A stretch of DNA of 35,977 bases from Nanobdellota archaeon (GCA_038045305.1 JBBSYJ010000006.1:1-35977); one strand, 5' to 3'; positions 1 through 10,395 are shown, numbered from the stretch's first letter. The notes: a model not told the origin generated them from the letters alone. A program made the numbers and translations.

Positions 1-155
1 GTCGCTCTTGCATCATATTTATTTAATAATTTTAACAATTTATCCAGCCCATTTAACGACACGTTATACATTTCATCTTCAGATATCTTCTGTCCATATT
101 CTTTTGGCAGGTCAAACTCTTCCAAGTCAAAAGTCAAGAAAATTTTATCTTTCAT
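1..155 (-). CDS. Partial CDS (N-terminus only, runs off the left edge); possibly a polysaccharide deacetylase-like protein
   Basis: Not in the ORF track. A minus-strand ATG at 155-153 overlaps the stop of the upstream GT2 (ATGAAAGATAA). The hand translation MKDKIFLTFDLEEFDLPKEYGQKISEDEMYNVSLNGLDKLLKLLNKYDARA stays open to position 1. The LTFDxEEF start resembles N-termini of CE4-type deacetylases, from recollection only. Confidence 0.35.
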   Translation of the reverse strand, partial: MKDKIFLTFDLEEFDLPKEYGQKISEDEMYNVSLNGLDKLLKLLNKYDARA

Positions 156-876
156 ATTTCTTAGCCAATTCAGAATATTTAATTTTTAGCAAACTGAAAA
201 ACATTACAATTGAATCCTTTATTATATTTACCGTCGATGAATTGTATGTCTCTGGACGTGAAACGATAATAGGCATCTCCTTTATTTTAAAATTGTATTT
301 TAAAGACAGGAAAATTAATTCCGTGTCAAATGCAAATCTTTTTATCCTTTGCTGCGCAAAGAGTTTTCTTGCTGCAGAACTCCTAAATCCTTTTATTCCG
401 GCTTGAGTATCAAGATAAGGATGATTTAATAAAATTCGTGATATTTTATTATAGACAATTCCGGGAATCTGGCGGTTCAATTTTATTCTGCGCCTATTTT
501 CTTCTTTGGCAAAAGTTCTGGAACCTAAAACAACATCATATCTTTCCAGATATTTGATAAGATCATGTAAATAATCCAAAGAATAAGCCAAATCACTGTC
601 CATAAAGCATATATAATTTCCTTTAGCCATCTCCACCCCTTTTTTTACAGCGTATCCTTTTCCTTTATTTTGGTTGTAAGATATAAGTTTTATATTTTTA
701 GTTTTTGGGAAGATTAAATGGCTGTGTAAGATTCTTAAAGAATTGTCTGTAGAACCATCGTTGACGAAGATAAATTCAAAATTAGGAAACTTCTTAGAGA
801 ATTCCTTTACTTCTTCAATTGTACCTATTAAAGTCCGGCTTCCGTTGTACACTGGCAAGATAACTGAAACTACCAT
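145..876 (-). CDS. Glycosyltransferase family 2 (soluble, Dpm1-like)
   Basis: N-terminal VILPVYNG, then FIFVNDGSTDNS, and a DxD-type MDSDL motif. 243 aa with no obvious TM segment. Confidence 0.85.
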   Translation of the reverse strand: MVVSVILPVYNGSRTLIGTIEEVKEFSKKFPNFEFIFVNDGSTDNSLRILHSHLIFPKTKNIKLISYNQNKGKGYAVKKGVEMAKGNYICFMDSDLAYSLDYLHDLIKYLERYDVVLGSRTFAKEENRRRIKLNRQIPGIVYNKISRILLNHPYLDTQAGIKGFRSSAARKLFAQQRIKRFAFDTELIFLSLKYNFKIKEMPIIVSRPETYNSSTVNIIKDSIVMFFSLLKIKYSELAKKYER

Positions 877-956
877 GTATTTTCAGAGAAATTAAGGATT
901 TTAAAGATATAGTATGCCAGAGAAAACTATAAAAGTCAAGCCCTAAGATTAATTAA

Positions 957-2006
957 ATGACACAAAAGAATCCCTTGGTTGAAGTTATAATTTTGACACA
1001 TAACAACAAAAAGATATTGAATGACTGCTTGAATTCATTGAAAAAAACGCAGTATAAAAACCTAAAAGTAACTATTGTGGACCAAGATTCTAGTGATGGA
1101 ACTTCTGAGTTGATTAAGAAAAATTACCCAAAGTTTAATGTTTTTAGAAACAAGATAAATGAAAGTTTTTCCGCGGCAAATAATAAAATTCTTAAGAGTT
1201 CCAAAGCAAAATACTGCATTCTGTTAAATGACGACACAACACAAGAACCAAACTGGATTAATGAACTTGTCAAAGTTGCAGAAGCGGATGAAAAGATTGC
1301 TGTATTGCAACCAAAGATTTTAAGCATGAAAAATAAAAAAATGTTTGAGCATGCAGGAGCTGGTGGGGGATTTATTGATATTTTTGGATATGAATTTTGC
1401 AGAGGAAGAATTTTCTCAGAAATTGAAGAGGACAAAGGCCAATATGATAATATAAAAGAGGTCTTTTGGGTTTGCGGTGTTGCATTATTTATAAGAAGAA
1501 AGGTCTTGGATGAAGTTGGATATTTGGATGAGGACTTTGGTTCTTATTTCGAAGAGACTGATTTAAGTTGGAGGATAAACTCTGCTAAATATTTGCAAAA
1601 ATATATTCCAAGATCAATTGTTTATCATATTGGAAGCGCAACATGGGGAAACAAGAAGAATTCAGCAACAAAAGAGTATCTTCTTCATAGAAACAGTTGG
1701 TTTGTTCTGGGAAAGAACTATTCTAGGAAAAACTGGTTTTGGATTTTGCCTTCGAAATTATTATTAGAAATGATAACAATTTTTGCTTTTCTCTTTACAA
1801 ATCCAAAAAAATCATATGCTTCATTAAAAGGTTTTATTTGGTTTATATTTAATATAGGAAAGATAAACAAAGGCAATAAGAAAACTGAAGACCTTAAGAA
1901 AATAAGCGACATAGAGTTAATGCAAAAGATGGTAAAAACAAGTGTCGCGCTTCAGTATTTCATCTCAGGTAAGAAATATTTCAAAGAATATGAAAAATTT
2001 TTATAA
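957..2006 (+). CDS. Glycosyltransferase family 2 with a C-terminal membrane segment
   Basis: VIILTHNN, VDQDSSDGT and LLNDDT motifs. A hydrophobic helix (LLLEMITIFAFLF) lies near the C-terminus. Confidence 0.85.
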   Translation: MTQKNPLVEVIILTHNNKKILNDCLNSLKKTQYKNLKVTIVDQDSSDGTSELIKKNYPKFNVFRNKINESFSAANNKILKSSKAKYCILLNDDTTQEPNWINELVKVAEADEKIAVLQPKILSMKNKKMFEHAGAGGGFIDIFGYEFCRGRIFSEIEEDKGQYDNIKEVFWVCGVALFIRRKVLDEVGYLDEDFGSYFEETDLSWRINSAKYLQKYIPRSIVYHIGSATWGNKKNSATKEYLLHRNSWFVLGKNYSRKNWFWILPSKLLLEMITIFAFLFTNPKKSYASLKGFIWFIFNIGKINKGNKKTEDLKKISDIELMQKMVKTSVALQYFISGKKYFKEYEKFL

Positions 2007-2010
2007 ATTA

Positions 2011-3519
2011 CTATTTTTTAAATTGATAAATAATTACTGATGGCTGTGTTTTTTGCGTGTCAAAGAACGTTGCATAAACAGGATTTAAGTCATTTTGAAT
2101 TTTTGGGAGGTAATTCTTAATATAATCATTATGCCAATTGTAGGCCGACCAAAATAAATAATCAGCATCTGGAGTGTAATTAGACGGAATTGACGTTGGG
2201 GGGTAATCGACTGCAACCAAATTTGGAGCGTAATAAATAATATAAGGAGATGACGTTTCTCCAATAATTCGTGAGCCATTTGGCAGATTAGTATTCATCC
2301 ATAAAGAGGCCTGCTTTATATCATAGTACGACTGCGCTTTATCTTTTATTATCGCGTCACCATAAGTGTAATTATAATAAGCGCCAGCCAAAAGCAAAAC
2401 AGAAACTACCAAAATCGCAGATATTTTATAGTTCTTCTGCAAGAACGACGCTATTTTTTCTATTGCTATTGCAGGGAAAACAACGATTGAAAGAACTGCT
2501 ATAAACAAATACCTATCTTCAGCCGCCTTTATTAAAAAGATGAAAAATGCTAAAGTAAATATTAATAACAAAGATAAAAATAAGTCGGATTTTAACATTT
2601 TATCTTTATTTATTAAGTCATAGCCAACAAATAATCTTAATAGAACAATTAAAATGCCAGCGACGAATAAAATTAAAAAGGGCCATTGCAGTATGTGCGG
2701 CAAAAATCCTAAAGTATAATATGCAAAGGATGTCTTCTCACCAGCACTCTGAGCGTAGTTTTCTGCAGCAGGAAATAAACTCCCAGATGTGAAAAAATTA
2801 AATGTAAACAAAATTATTATAGGAATCATACCAATAATTCCACCAATCCAAAATTTCTTATTTTTTAAGAAAGATAATTTCTGCGTGAATAATAAAAAGG
2901 CAATATAGACGAATCCTATTAATCCAACAGGGTATCTTATTAAGATTGCAATTGATAAGGAAAATATTGAAAGAGCGAATGGCTTTAACTTTAGGTCCTC
3001 TCCTGCCTTAAAAAAGAAATAAATGCTTAGAAGCGCGAAGAAGGGTGCCGGAACGTCGGTCAACATTCTCATTGAATAAAATATATGAAGCCACGAAACG
3101 GCTAGAATAGCTGAGGCAATTAAAGCAATCTTCTTGTTGTACATTTTCTCACCGATAAGATAAACCATCAAAATAGAAAGAAATGAAGGTATAAATTCAA
3201 ATACAAATTTTGATGCCGGCTCTTCAAATCCAATTTTCATTAAGGCAGCCCAAAGAAATGGAACTATAGGAGGCCTTATCATTATTTCTCCGACGAGAAT
3301 CGGCATTTGACTGTAAGCAAACCCGGAAAGGATATTCTTTGCAAGAGTTCCGTAAATTAACTCATCCCACCACAATGCCTGGTCTTTTGTAATAGTAAAA
3401 TAATAAAGTCGGACTAAAAATGCAAAAACAAGTATGGCTATCAATCCCAAATTATATTTATCACTTAGCCAATTATAGACCTTTGATTCTCTTTTTTCCA
3501 GATTCTCTTCCATGTCCAT
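2011..3519 (-). CDS. GT-C fold polyprenyl-phosphate-sugar dependent glycosyltransferase (ArnT/PMT-like, GT39/GT83 type)
   Basis: 502 aa with more than 10 predicted TM helices. WWDELIY (DE-x-x-Y) sits in the first loop, as in ArnT/PMT enzymes. The soluble C-terminal domain is about 120 aa. Confidence 0.75.
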   Translation of the reverse strand: MDMEENLEKRESKVYNWLSDKYNLGLIAILVFAFLVRLYYFTITKDQALWWDELIYGTLAKNILSGFAYSQMPILVGEIMIRPPIVPFLWAALMKIGFEEPASKFVFEFIPSFLSILMVYLIGEKMYNKKIALIASAILAVSWLHIFYSMRMLTDVPAPFFALLSIYFFFKAGEDLKLKPFALSIFSLSIAILIRYPVGLIGFVYIAFLLFTQKLSFLKNKKFWIGGIIGMIPIIILFTFNFFTSGSLFPAAENYAQSAGEKTSFAYYTLGFLPHILQWPFLILFVAGILIVLLRLFVGYDLINKDKMLKSDLFLSLLLIFTLAFFIFLIKAAEDRYLFIAVLSIVVFPAIAIEKIASFLQKNYKISAILVVSVLLLAGAYYNYTYGDAIIKDKAQSYYDIKQASLWMNTNLPNGSRIIGETSSPYIIYYAPNLVAVDYPPTSIPSNYTPDADYLFWSAYNWHNDYIKNYLPKIQNDLNPVYATFFDTQKTQPSVIIYQFKK

Positions 3520-3549
3520 AAAAATTCATGTTTAGAAGGTTTTTAACTT

Positions 3550-5325
3550 TTACTTCAAAGTAGATTGTCTTGGAGTTGAAAGCTCGTGCGGTCTATCATC
3601 TTTAGAAGTTGAATAAAGAACATTATCATACAAATGATGGCGAGTGGCATCTGCAAGAACATTTGGCAAATATCCTTTTCTTCGACCGTATTCCAAAAAT
3701 CTTTGGGCGGCTAAGTCCCCTTTTGGAAGAGAACCAAAATAAGGAGCTAAGTTTCCTATAATTGTTTTTTCTTGCTCACTATTTGAAATAGTCCCATTTA
3801 AAGAATGAATATAATCTATTTGTGTTAACATCTCGTTAGCTGCACCATTATTAGGGAGATTTCTTAAGTGAGCAAGAGTCATTTCACTTAATTTCTCGTT
3901 GGTAAATACTGGTTGAGTTAAATAATTACGAGCTAAAATATGCCCTTCAGGAATAAGAGCAAAAAGATTAAACTTTCTTCTTAATTCTGCATTCTGGTCT
4001 CTGTATCTTTCTAATTCATCTTGAGGAAGCCAAATTGAAGGATCATCTTTCAAAAGTTTGGCTCTTCTTGGACCCATCCACTCTTTCATAAATCGCAAAA
4101 CAGATCTGTCGAAAAAGCTGTCTTTAATATCACTATTATCACTTTGATAAAAACCAAATTCTTCACAGATATTATAAATTTTTGTTCCAAGATAAGGAAC
4201 TAAAGTAGAAGCCCATGCCATTGTTGGACCTCCAGTAACCCTTCTTAGACGAATGTTGTACTCTAACATTTCCAAATCAGCATCAAGATTCATGGAAGTA
4301 ATGTTTGAAGTTATTCCCCAAGGCAATCCGGTTATTTGCTCTGTTCTAACTTTTAACCCTAATTTCATTAATTTCTCCATACCATCAAAGACCACTTCGT
4401 CGTCCATATGTCTATCAAGAATTTTTTTCCTCATTTCAGGATCTGCTGCTTCTATAGCGTGAGTCGCGCCAGAGGCCCCAGCTTTCTTAATTAAATCCAA
4501 ACGTTTGTCACTTTTTGTCATCTCCCATCTCATTTGATAATGGAAAGGAATTCCAACTTGCTCGGGCCAGGTCTCTGAAAATTGATCTAAAAAGCCACCA
4601 ACTTTATCATCAAATCCAAAAACGTCATCTTGGAAATATATTGTTTCTGCAGGCCATCTTTCATTAATTTCTCTACCCTCCCTTAAGATACTGTCTAAAT
4701 TTCTTATGTTTTGAGGGAATAATCTTTCACCCATGCCTTGTTTTATAAATGCTGCAGCTACTTCTGGAGAGATTTTTAATTCTTTTAAAGTGCTGCTGTT
4801 ATAACAATAAGTGCAACCATAGGGACAACCAGTCATAGTTATCATACTTTTTATTTTGCTTTTTGCATGCTCTGGATAGTCCGAATAAAATGTCTCTCTA
4901 TCAGGAAAAGGAAATGTCTCTAATTCTGTAAGAGGCATGATTCCAGGTTTTGCTTGTCCTCTTAAAATTTTTCTAAATGAATTAAAACCCTCACTCATAA
5001 CAACAAAGTCTGCAGATCCTAAAGATTCTTCTGGAAAATAAGTCGGATGATAACCACCAACGATAGTTTGAATACTTGGAAAATCTTGTTTTAATCTTTT
5101 AAAAGCTTCATGTAACTTCCGATCATTTCCAGTGTAAACTGTAAATCCAACAACATCTGGCTTAAAAGCTTTAACAAACTTAAAAAAAGGTTCGTAATCG
5201 TGATCTTTAACAAGGATATATTCTCTATCCCATCCTTCGTCACGTGCTAAACCCCCAAGATGTAACAAACCTAAAGGTTCAATTGCTGAATAAGCTGCCC
5301 CCAATGCTACTCTTTTTTTTGCCAT
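3550..5325 (-). CDS. B12-binding-domain radical SAM protein
   Basis: The N-terminal region is Rossmann-like and cobalamin-domain-like (DVVGFTVYTGN...TIVGGYHPT). It is followed by the CxxxCxxC cluster motif GCPYGCTYCYN. 591 aa. It looks GC-richer than its neighbours by eye. Confidence 0.8.
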   Translation of the reverse strand: MAKKRVALGAAYSAIEPLGLLHLGGLARDEGWDREYILVKDHDYEPFFKFVKAFKPDVVGFTVYTGNDRKLHEAFKRLKQDFPSIQTIVGGYHPTYFPEESLGSADFVVMSEGFNSFRKILRGQAKPGIMPLTELETFPFPDRETFYSDYPEHAKSKIKSMITMTGCPYGCTYCYNSSTLKELKISPEVAAAFIKQGMGERLFPQNIRNLDSILREGREINERWPAETIYFQDDVFGFDDKVGGFLDQFSETWPEQVGIPFHYQMRWEMTKSDKRLDLIKKAGASGATHAIEAADPEMRKKILDRHMDDEVVFDGMEKLMKLGLKVRTEQITGLPWGITSNITSMNLDADLEMLEYNIRLRRVTGGPTMAWASTLVPYLGTKIYNICEEFGFYQSDNSDIKDSFFDRSVLRFMKEWMGPRRAKLLKDDPSIWLPQDELERYRDQNAELRRKFNLFALIPEGHILARNYLTQPVFTNEKLSEMTLAHLRNLPNNGAANEMLTQIDYIHSLNGTISNSEQEKTIIGNLAPYFGSLPKGDLAAQRFLEYGRRKGYLPNVLADATRHHLYDNVLYSTSKDDRPHELSTPRQSTLK

Positions 5326-5376
5326 CTTTTGTATTAATTTAATATGAATATTTTATAATTTTAATCAATAAAATAA

Positions 5377-5994
5377 TTAGTCAATATTAACATCCAAAGC
5401 TCTTAAATCAATTTGCAATTTTGTGAAATTTTCATATAAAATACCATTAATTCCCACTTCACAAGCTCTTTGAGTATTATTAAGAAAATCATCTATAAAA
5501 ACCGTTTCTCTTGGGCGCGAACCAAGTTCATCTAATATTTTTCCAAAAAATTGGTATTGTGGTTTTGCCATCCCCATTTCTACAGAAACAAAATTATAAT
5601 CAAACAATTCATGATACCCTCTTCTTGAGCTTAATTTATAAATTTCTTTTTCGGTATTTGTCGCAGCTGCAACTTTATAATCATTAGTCCTTAATCTTTC
5701 TATTAACTCAAGAATTTCAGGATTCATTTTTAAGGAAGTTTTATCATAGAGTTCTAAATGTTTTGCAACAACATCTTCAGGACTGATTCCAGTTATAGAA
5801 AGTCGTGCCAAAGACATTTCATAGTAGTCCCGTAAAGAAAGTTCTCCTCTGTGGACTCTTTGAGATAAATCGCCAGTTCTGGAAGATAATTCATGACTTG
5901 TTTTTCCTAGAAATTCTGCAACTCCTGAATTGATTGTATCTCTTGCTTCTGGAACAAGGACGCCCCCTAAATCAAAGACCACACTTTTTATCAT
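5377..5994 (-). CDS. HAD-superfamily phosphatase (subfamily IA, YihX-like DLGGV variant)
   Basis: Motif I VVFDLGGVLV, motif II AAATNT, motif IV FIDDF. Confidence 0.75.
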   Translation of the reverse strand: MIKSVVFDLGGVLVPEARDTINSGVAEFLGKTSHELSSRTGDLSQRVHRGELSLRDYYEMSLARLSITGISPEDVVAKHLELYDKTSLKMNPEILELIERLRTNDYKVAAATNTEKEIYKLSSRRGYHELFDYNFVSVEMGMAKPQYQFFGKILDELGSRPRETVFIDDFLNNTQRACEVGINGILYENFTKLQIDLRALDVNID

Positions 5995-6081
5995 AAAGAT
6001 TAATGATTATTCATCTATTATAAAGATTTTGCTACAAAAGTATAAGGTTACAAAAACCTCTCTAAATTTAACTAAAAATAA

Positions 6082-6744
6082 ATGGTAAAGGCGTTTATTT
6101 TCGACATGGATGGGGTATTAGTTAATTCTGAGAAGATAAAGGCTGATACTTGGAAAGTGGTATTAGTAAAATATGGGGTTTTAAATGGGGATGAGTGGTA
6201 TGAAAAGAAAATTGGTACCCCTGGAAAAGTCCTGGCACAAAAAGCCATAGAAGAATTTTCTTTGCCTATTGGATTCGAAGAACTTTTTCATGAAAAACAC
6301 GCAGCATATTTAGAAAGATTAAAACAAAGCTCAGTACCGATTGAATCAACAATAAACTTTTTAAAATCTATTCCAAAAGAGAAATTTAAAATTGCTATAA
6401 GTTCATCTATGAATAGGTCTGCAATTGAAAGTCAGATGACATTTCTAGGTTTATATGAACTTTTTGATGCTGTTACTTCAGGTTTAGATGAAGTTGAAAA
6501 AGACAAGCCCCATCCAGATATTTATCTTCTTTCAGCAAAAAAACTTAACACCCCTTTTGAAGAATGCATAGTTATAGAAGACAGTTCTTTAGGAGTAGAA
6601 TCAGCAAAAAGGGCTGGGATGAAATGTATAGGATTTATTAGTCCTTGCAGCGGAAATCAAGATTTATCAAAAGCTGATTTAGTTATTAATAATCTTAATA
6701 TTATCCATTTTGAAAGATTAATCAGTTTCTTAAACACTCTTTAA
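6082..6744 (+). CDS. HAD-superfamily hydrolase, beta-phosphoglucomutase/sugar-phosphatase-like
   Basis: FIFDMDGVLVNSE (DxDG), ISSSMNR, KPHPDIYL and VIEDSSLGVESAKRAGM motifs. Confidence 0.8.
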   Translation: MVKAFIFDMDGVLVNSEKIKADTWKVVLVKYGVLNGDEWYEKKIGTPGKVLAQKAIEEFSLPIGFEELFHEKHAAYLERLKQSSVPIESTINFLKSIPKEKFKIAISSSMNRSAIESQMTFLGLYELFDAVTSGLDEVEKDKPHPDIYLLSAKKLNTPFEECIVIEDSSLGVESAKRAGMKCIGFISPCSGNQDLSKADLVINNLNIIHFERLISFLNTL

Positions 6745-7618
6745 TCGCATCATAAACCTCATCAACTGAAACTGCAGATTGCGCTTCAGGAATATTTTGC
6801 CTTGAGAACATATACTTTCCAATTAAAGGACTGACAATCTTTTTCATTCGGCCGTAATCGTAAATTTCATTTGGAGGGGTGCAGTTGAAAATTGTTACAA
6901 GATTCTTTTTCAATCCAAGAGCAAGATGCATTCCTAAAGTATCACCGCAAACAATTAATTCGCAGCCGTTGATATCATCAATATGTTCTTTTATCGTCGG
7001 TTTCATTCCTAAAGAGATCACTTCATAACCATCACTCTGCAAACGCTTTTTAAGTTCAGGATACCCAGCCCAGTATTTGTTTGGCCATTTACTTTCTGTT
7101 ACATCAATTAATCCAATAGTTCCACGAACTTGTTCTTCCGAAAGCGGCTTAATTCCAAGATCATATTCCTGAGACGACCACTTATGCCCGAGCATTTCAG
7201 TCCAAATTTGAGGGACGGACTTCTGGTTTTGCATTTTAATTTTATCCGCCTCTTCTTTTGAGTAACGCCTACTTATGAAAGACATGTCAAGCCAGTAATC
7301 ACATTCTGAAGTGTAATCAACTTTATCGCTGCCGTCGAGAAAATGTCCAATGAGTTTTTTTGTTTTTATTCCTTTAAGGTATTCAAGCGGAGCGCGCTCT
7401 TCGTCCAAACTTAAAATCAAATCAAATTCATGTTGTTTTAATAATTCCTTATCATCTTCATTTTCAAAAATGTAGACCTTCTTTATTTTTTTAGAATTTA
7501 AAATATCTTTTGCAGCTTTGCTTGTTAACCAATGAATTTCACCATTTAATTCTGAAAGAAGAACAGTCGTTCTTACGACGTCTCCTAAGGCCCCTAGTTT
7601 TGAGATCAGAGTTTTCAT
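6722..7618 (-). CDS. Glycosyltransferase family 9-like (short heptosyltransferase-like protein)
   Basis: N-terminal KLGALGDVVRTTVLL and C-terminal CGDTLGMHLALGL, as in the GT9 GD..x and DxGxxHLA signatures. The 3' end overlaps the convergent HAD gene by 23 nt. Confidence 0.7.
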   Translation of the reverse strand: MKTLISKLGALGDVVRTTVLLSELNGEIHWLTSKAAKDILNSKKIKKVYIFENEDDKELLKQHEFDLILSLDEERAPLEYLKGIKTKKLIGHFLDGSDKVDYTSECDYWLDMSFISRRYSKEEADKIKMQNQKSVPQIWTEMLGHKWSSQEYDLGIKPLSEEQVRGTIGLIDVTESKWPNKYWAGYPELKKRLQSDGYEVISLGMKPTIKEHIDDINGCELIVCGDTLGMHLALGLKKNLVTIFNCTPPNEIYDYGRMKKIVSPLIGKYMFSRQNIPEAQSAVSVDEVYDAIKECLRN

Positions 7619-8328
7619 ATATTATCCCCCTCAAATTGTTCTGCTGAATCTTGTGGAATAAATCCTAATTGTTTTTCTAGAAAAGACAAATCTACTAGGC
7701 CGTTTTTATTTGCTGAACTGCAAGGAATGTTGACAAAGCCATTATAATTTAAACTTGCTTTTATTATTCCAGCTATATCTCTTTTACTGAGCCAATGAGA
7801 ATAATCAATAGGTTGGGAATTTGGGAAATTACATGGTTTGTCATTTTCATTTACAGAACCTAGGCGCAAATTCACAACAGAGATTTTATATTTTTTATGA
7901 TAATCTCTTCCTATTTCTTCAGATAAAAGTTTTAGTAAACCGTAATCATTTGCTGATGTCGTGGGAGTTTCTTCTGAAATCTTCTCCTTCGAATCAAAAA
8001 TTTCTTGCCAAGGATAAACATTTAAAGAACTTGCATAAATTATTCTTTTTACTTTATTCCGGACCGCAGCTTCGTAAACATTTCGTGTTCCTGTTAAATT
8101 TGGGTTAATTAAACTTATCCAATTAATATAATTTCTAACATCTGCAGCAAGATGTATTACTGTTTCAATATTTTTGAAATAGGGGAAGATTTCATGCAAA
8201 TCACATATATCTGCTTGTACAACCCCGTCACCTTTTTCTTGATCAAGTAGAACTAAATTGTGTTCTCTAAGATTTTCTTTTAAAATCCTCCCAATAGTCC
8301 CTTCAGATCCAGTAATTAAAGTTTTCAT
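7615..8328 (-). CDS. NAD-dependent epimerase/dehydratase family SDR (short form)
   Basis: TGSEGTIGRIL glycine-rich loop, ASS...YGLLK (S...YxxxK) catalytic pattern. ATGA overlaps with both neighbours indicate an operon. Confidence 0.75.
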   Translation of the reverse strand: MKTLITGSEGTIGRILKENLREHNLVLLDQEKGDGVVQADICDLHEIFPYFKNIETVIHLAADVRNYINWISLINPNLTGTRNVYEAAVRNKVKRIIYASSLNVYPWQEIFDSKEKISEETPTTSANDYGLLKLLSEEIGRDYHKKYKISVVNLRLGSVNENDKPCNFPNSQPIDYSHWLSKRDIAGIIKASLNYNGFVNIPCSSANKNGLVDLSFLEKQLGFIPQDSAEQFEGDNI

Positions 8329-9215
8329 TTTGTGCTTTTAGGTGTCTTCCATGCATCAGTGTGGAATTTTTTTGCAACCTTAACATGATATATTGAAAGT
8401 CCCCATATGTAAAGTTTTACAGGAAATAAAATGAAAGTCCAAATTATTTCTTTGAAATTCTTAGGATAGAGAAATGCCCTATAAGATTCAAATAATTCAT
8501 TTTTGAAGGTCTTTGTTTTTGGGTAGTCCTTTAAATTGATATATTTTGACATTTGCGCATGCGCTTTTGTTGTTCTTTTTTTCTGGTCAATAAAATCATG
8601 TAAATTTTTAGGGTAAGAAACGTAGACAATTGCATTCGGAGCGTATCCAATTTTGTAGCTCTTTTTCATAAAATAATAAGGAACTATTGCATCTTCAGGA
8701 ACATCTAAAGGAAAGTTCTTTACAACGTGATTTCTGAAAGCCCATAAATATCCAGAGCATTCTAAAAATTGCCCTTTCTTGAAACGCTTTAAACGCGCTT
8801 GGTGCGCCCCTGCATCACATAAAAGATGAGACCAATAACCTAACATTGTCTTACGCGAATCACTTGAAACAACACGCCCGGTTGCACATCCAATTTTAGG
8901 ATCTTTAAACAAATCAACTAAATATTTTATAGAATTTTCCTTGACAAAAATATCTCCATCGGAAAGAACCAAAATATCTCCTTTAACTTTGCTAAATAAT
9001 AAATTAAGAGCAAACATTTTCCCTTTTCCAGGATCTTGAAAAGTTTTTACTATTTTATTTTTCTTAGTGTAACTTTTTGCTACATCTAATGTCTCTTTAT
9101 CTGGAGCAGAGACAATTATTTCGTATTTTTCTTTTAGATCTTGATTTAGGAAGCCCTCAATTGCTTTCCCAATTGTTTTTGGCTCTTTGAAAGAGGTTAT
9201 TATAACTGAGATCAT
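8325..9215 (-). CDS. Glycosyltransferase family 2 (C-terminal TM helix)
   Basis: ISVIITSFKEP and VLSDGDIFV (DxD-like) motifs. Hydrophobic C-terminal IIWTFILFPVKLYIWGLSIY. Confidence 0.8.
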   Translation of the reverse strand: MISVIITSFKEPKTIGKAIEGFLNQDLKEKYEIIVSAPDKETLDVAKSYTKKNKIVKTFQDPGKGKMFALNLLFSKVKGDILVLSDGDIFVKENSIKYLVDLFKDPKIGCATGRVVSSDSRKTMLGYWSHLLCDAGAHQARLKRFKKGQFLECSGYLWAFRNHVVKNFPLDVPEDAIVPYYFMKKSYKIGYAPNAIVYVSYPKNLHDFIDQKKRTTKAHAQMSKYINLKDYPKTKTFKNELFESYRAFLYPKNFKEIIWTFILFPVKLYIWGLSIYHVKVAKKFHTDAWKTPKSTK

Positions 9216-10364
9216 TTACTTATGGCTTAATAGGGTTTTATAAAGATTTATGGTCCTCTTGGAAATTATATCCCAATTATATTTCTTCGATTTTTCAATA
9301 TTATTTTTGGAGATTTTACTTCGCAATTTAGCGTCGTCAAGAAGCTGAATTATTCTGGATTTGTATTTTTCATTTTCTCCGTAATCAACTAGAAATCCGT
9401 TTTCGGGCTCGGACATTTCATAAGGCACGCCGTTCACAGGAGAAGCAACAATTGGAAGACCGGAAGCCATGGCTTCGAATAAAGTTAAAGGAAGACCTTC
9501 CCTATATGAAGGAAGAACAAAAATGTCGGCGGACTGGTACATTTGTGCAACTTCTTTCCTATCACGCGTTTCACTCATTAAGATTATTTTCTTCTCTTTA
9601 CCTATTAATTTTTTCACGGTTTCGCGCATTCCTTCATCTGGACCACGAATTACAAAAATTACATCTTTCTTATCCTTTAATATCAATTTTGCTATTTCAA
9701 CAAATTTGTCAGGGCCTTTTGTAACGTTCAACCTACCAAAATAAAGGACTAATTTTCCATTAATTTTATTTTTCTTTTTGAAATTGTTTGGTTTTATCTT
9801 TTTAAAGAATATTTCTGCCATACCGTTAGGAATAACTTCTATCTTTTCTTCAGAGCCGCCGTACTTCTTTATGAAATCAATTTCCCAAGGGGTTATTGCA
9901 ATTATTTTATTTGTTAATTTTAATGCGAGTCGAGAAAAGATATTATAACTTACAAGAATTCCGAGACGACCTGCAAAAGAACGATGAGCATCAGACCAAG
10001 GGCAATGAGTTGTATGAACATGGGGGATTCTTTTTATTTTTGCGGCTAAAGCAGCCAGAACAAAATGAACATGGCCAAAAACATGTGAATGAATTATATC
10101 AAATTCATTTTCTAAAAGTTTTGTAAAGACAGATGGAAAGATAACTGCAAAATTTGCAACTTGAATGAGATATTTGCAACGATGCACATAAACGCCATCT
10201 ATAATTTCCTCAAGTACTGGAATGTGGCCTTTCTTGTCCCAGTCGGACGTGAAAACGTGAACTTCATGGCCTTCTTTAACTTGTCTTTCAGCTAATTCAC
10301 GAACAACTTGACCTACCCCTCCAATTGTCGGAAAATATTCTGACGAAACATGGGCGATTTTCAT
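9216..10364 (-). CDS. Glycosyltransferase family 4 (GT-B, group 1)
   Basis: MKIAHVSSEYFPTIGGVG start and the EX7E region REGLPLTLFEAMASGLPIV. Confidence 0.85.
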   Translation of the reverse strand: MKIAHVSSEYFPTIGGVGQVVRELAERQVKEGHEVHVFTSDWDKKGHIPVLEEIIDGVYVHRCKYLIQVANFAVIFPSVFTKLLENEFDIIHSHVFGHVHFVLAALAAKIKRIPHVHTTHCPWSDAHRSFAGRLGILVSYNIFSRLALKLTNKIIAITPWEIDFIKKYGGSEEKIEVIPNGMAEIFFKKIKPNNFKKKNKINGKLVLYFGRLNVTKGPDKFVEIAKLILKDKKDVIFVIRGPDEGMRETVKKLIGKEKKIILMSETRDRKEVAQMYQSADIFVLPSYREGLPLTLFEAMASGLPIVASPVNGVPYEMSEPENGFLVDYGENEKYKSRIIQLLDDAKLRSKISKNNIEKSKKYNWDIISKRTINLYKTLLSHK

Positions 10365-10395
10365 TTAATTAATGGAAAATGGAGGTTTATATAGA

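Noticed and set aside
8-406. The 132-aa plus-strand ORF at the left edge, and similar 60-115-aa ORFs antisense to long genes. Examples are 1124..1435, 4253..4462, 7821..8108, 9452..9744, 14446..14839, 15186..15407, 19782..19985, 25049..25390, 28276..28488 and 35428..35745.
   Set aside because: Each lies entirely inside, or antisense to, a long ORF with clear family motifs. Their translations are low-complexity and rich in Ile/Phe/Leu/Ser, as expected from the reverse strand of AT-rich coding DNA. None has a recognisable motif.
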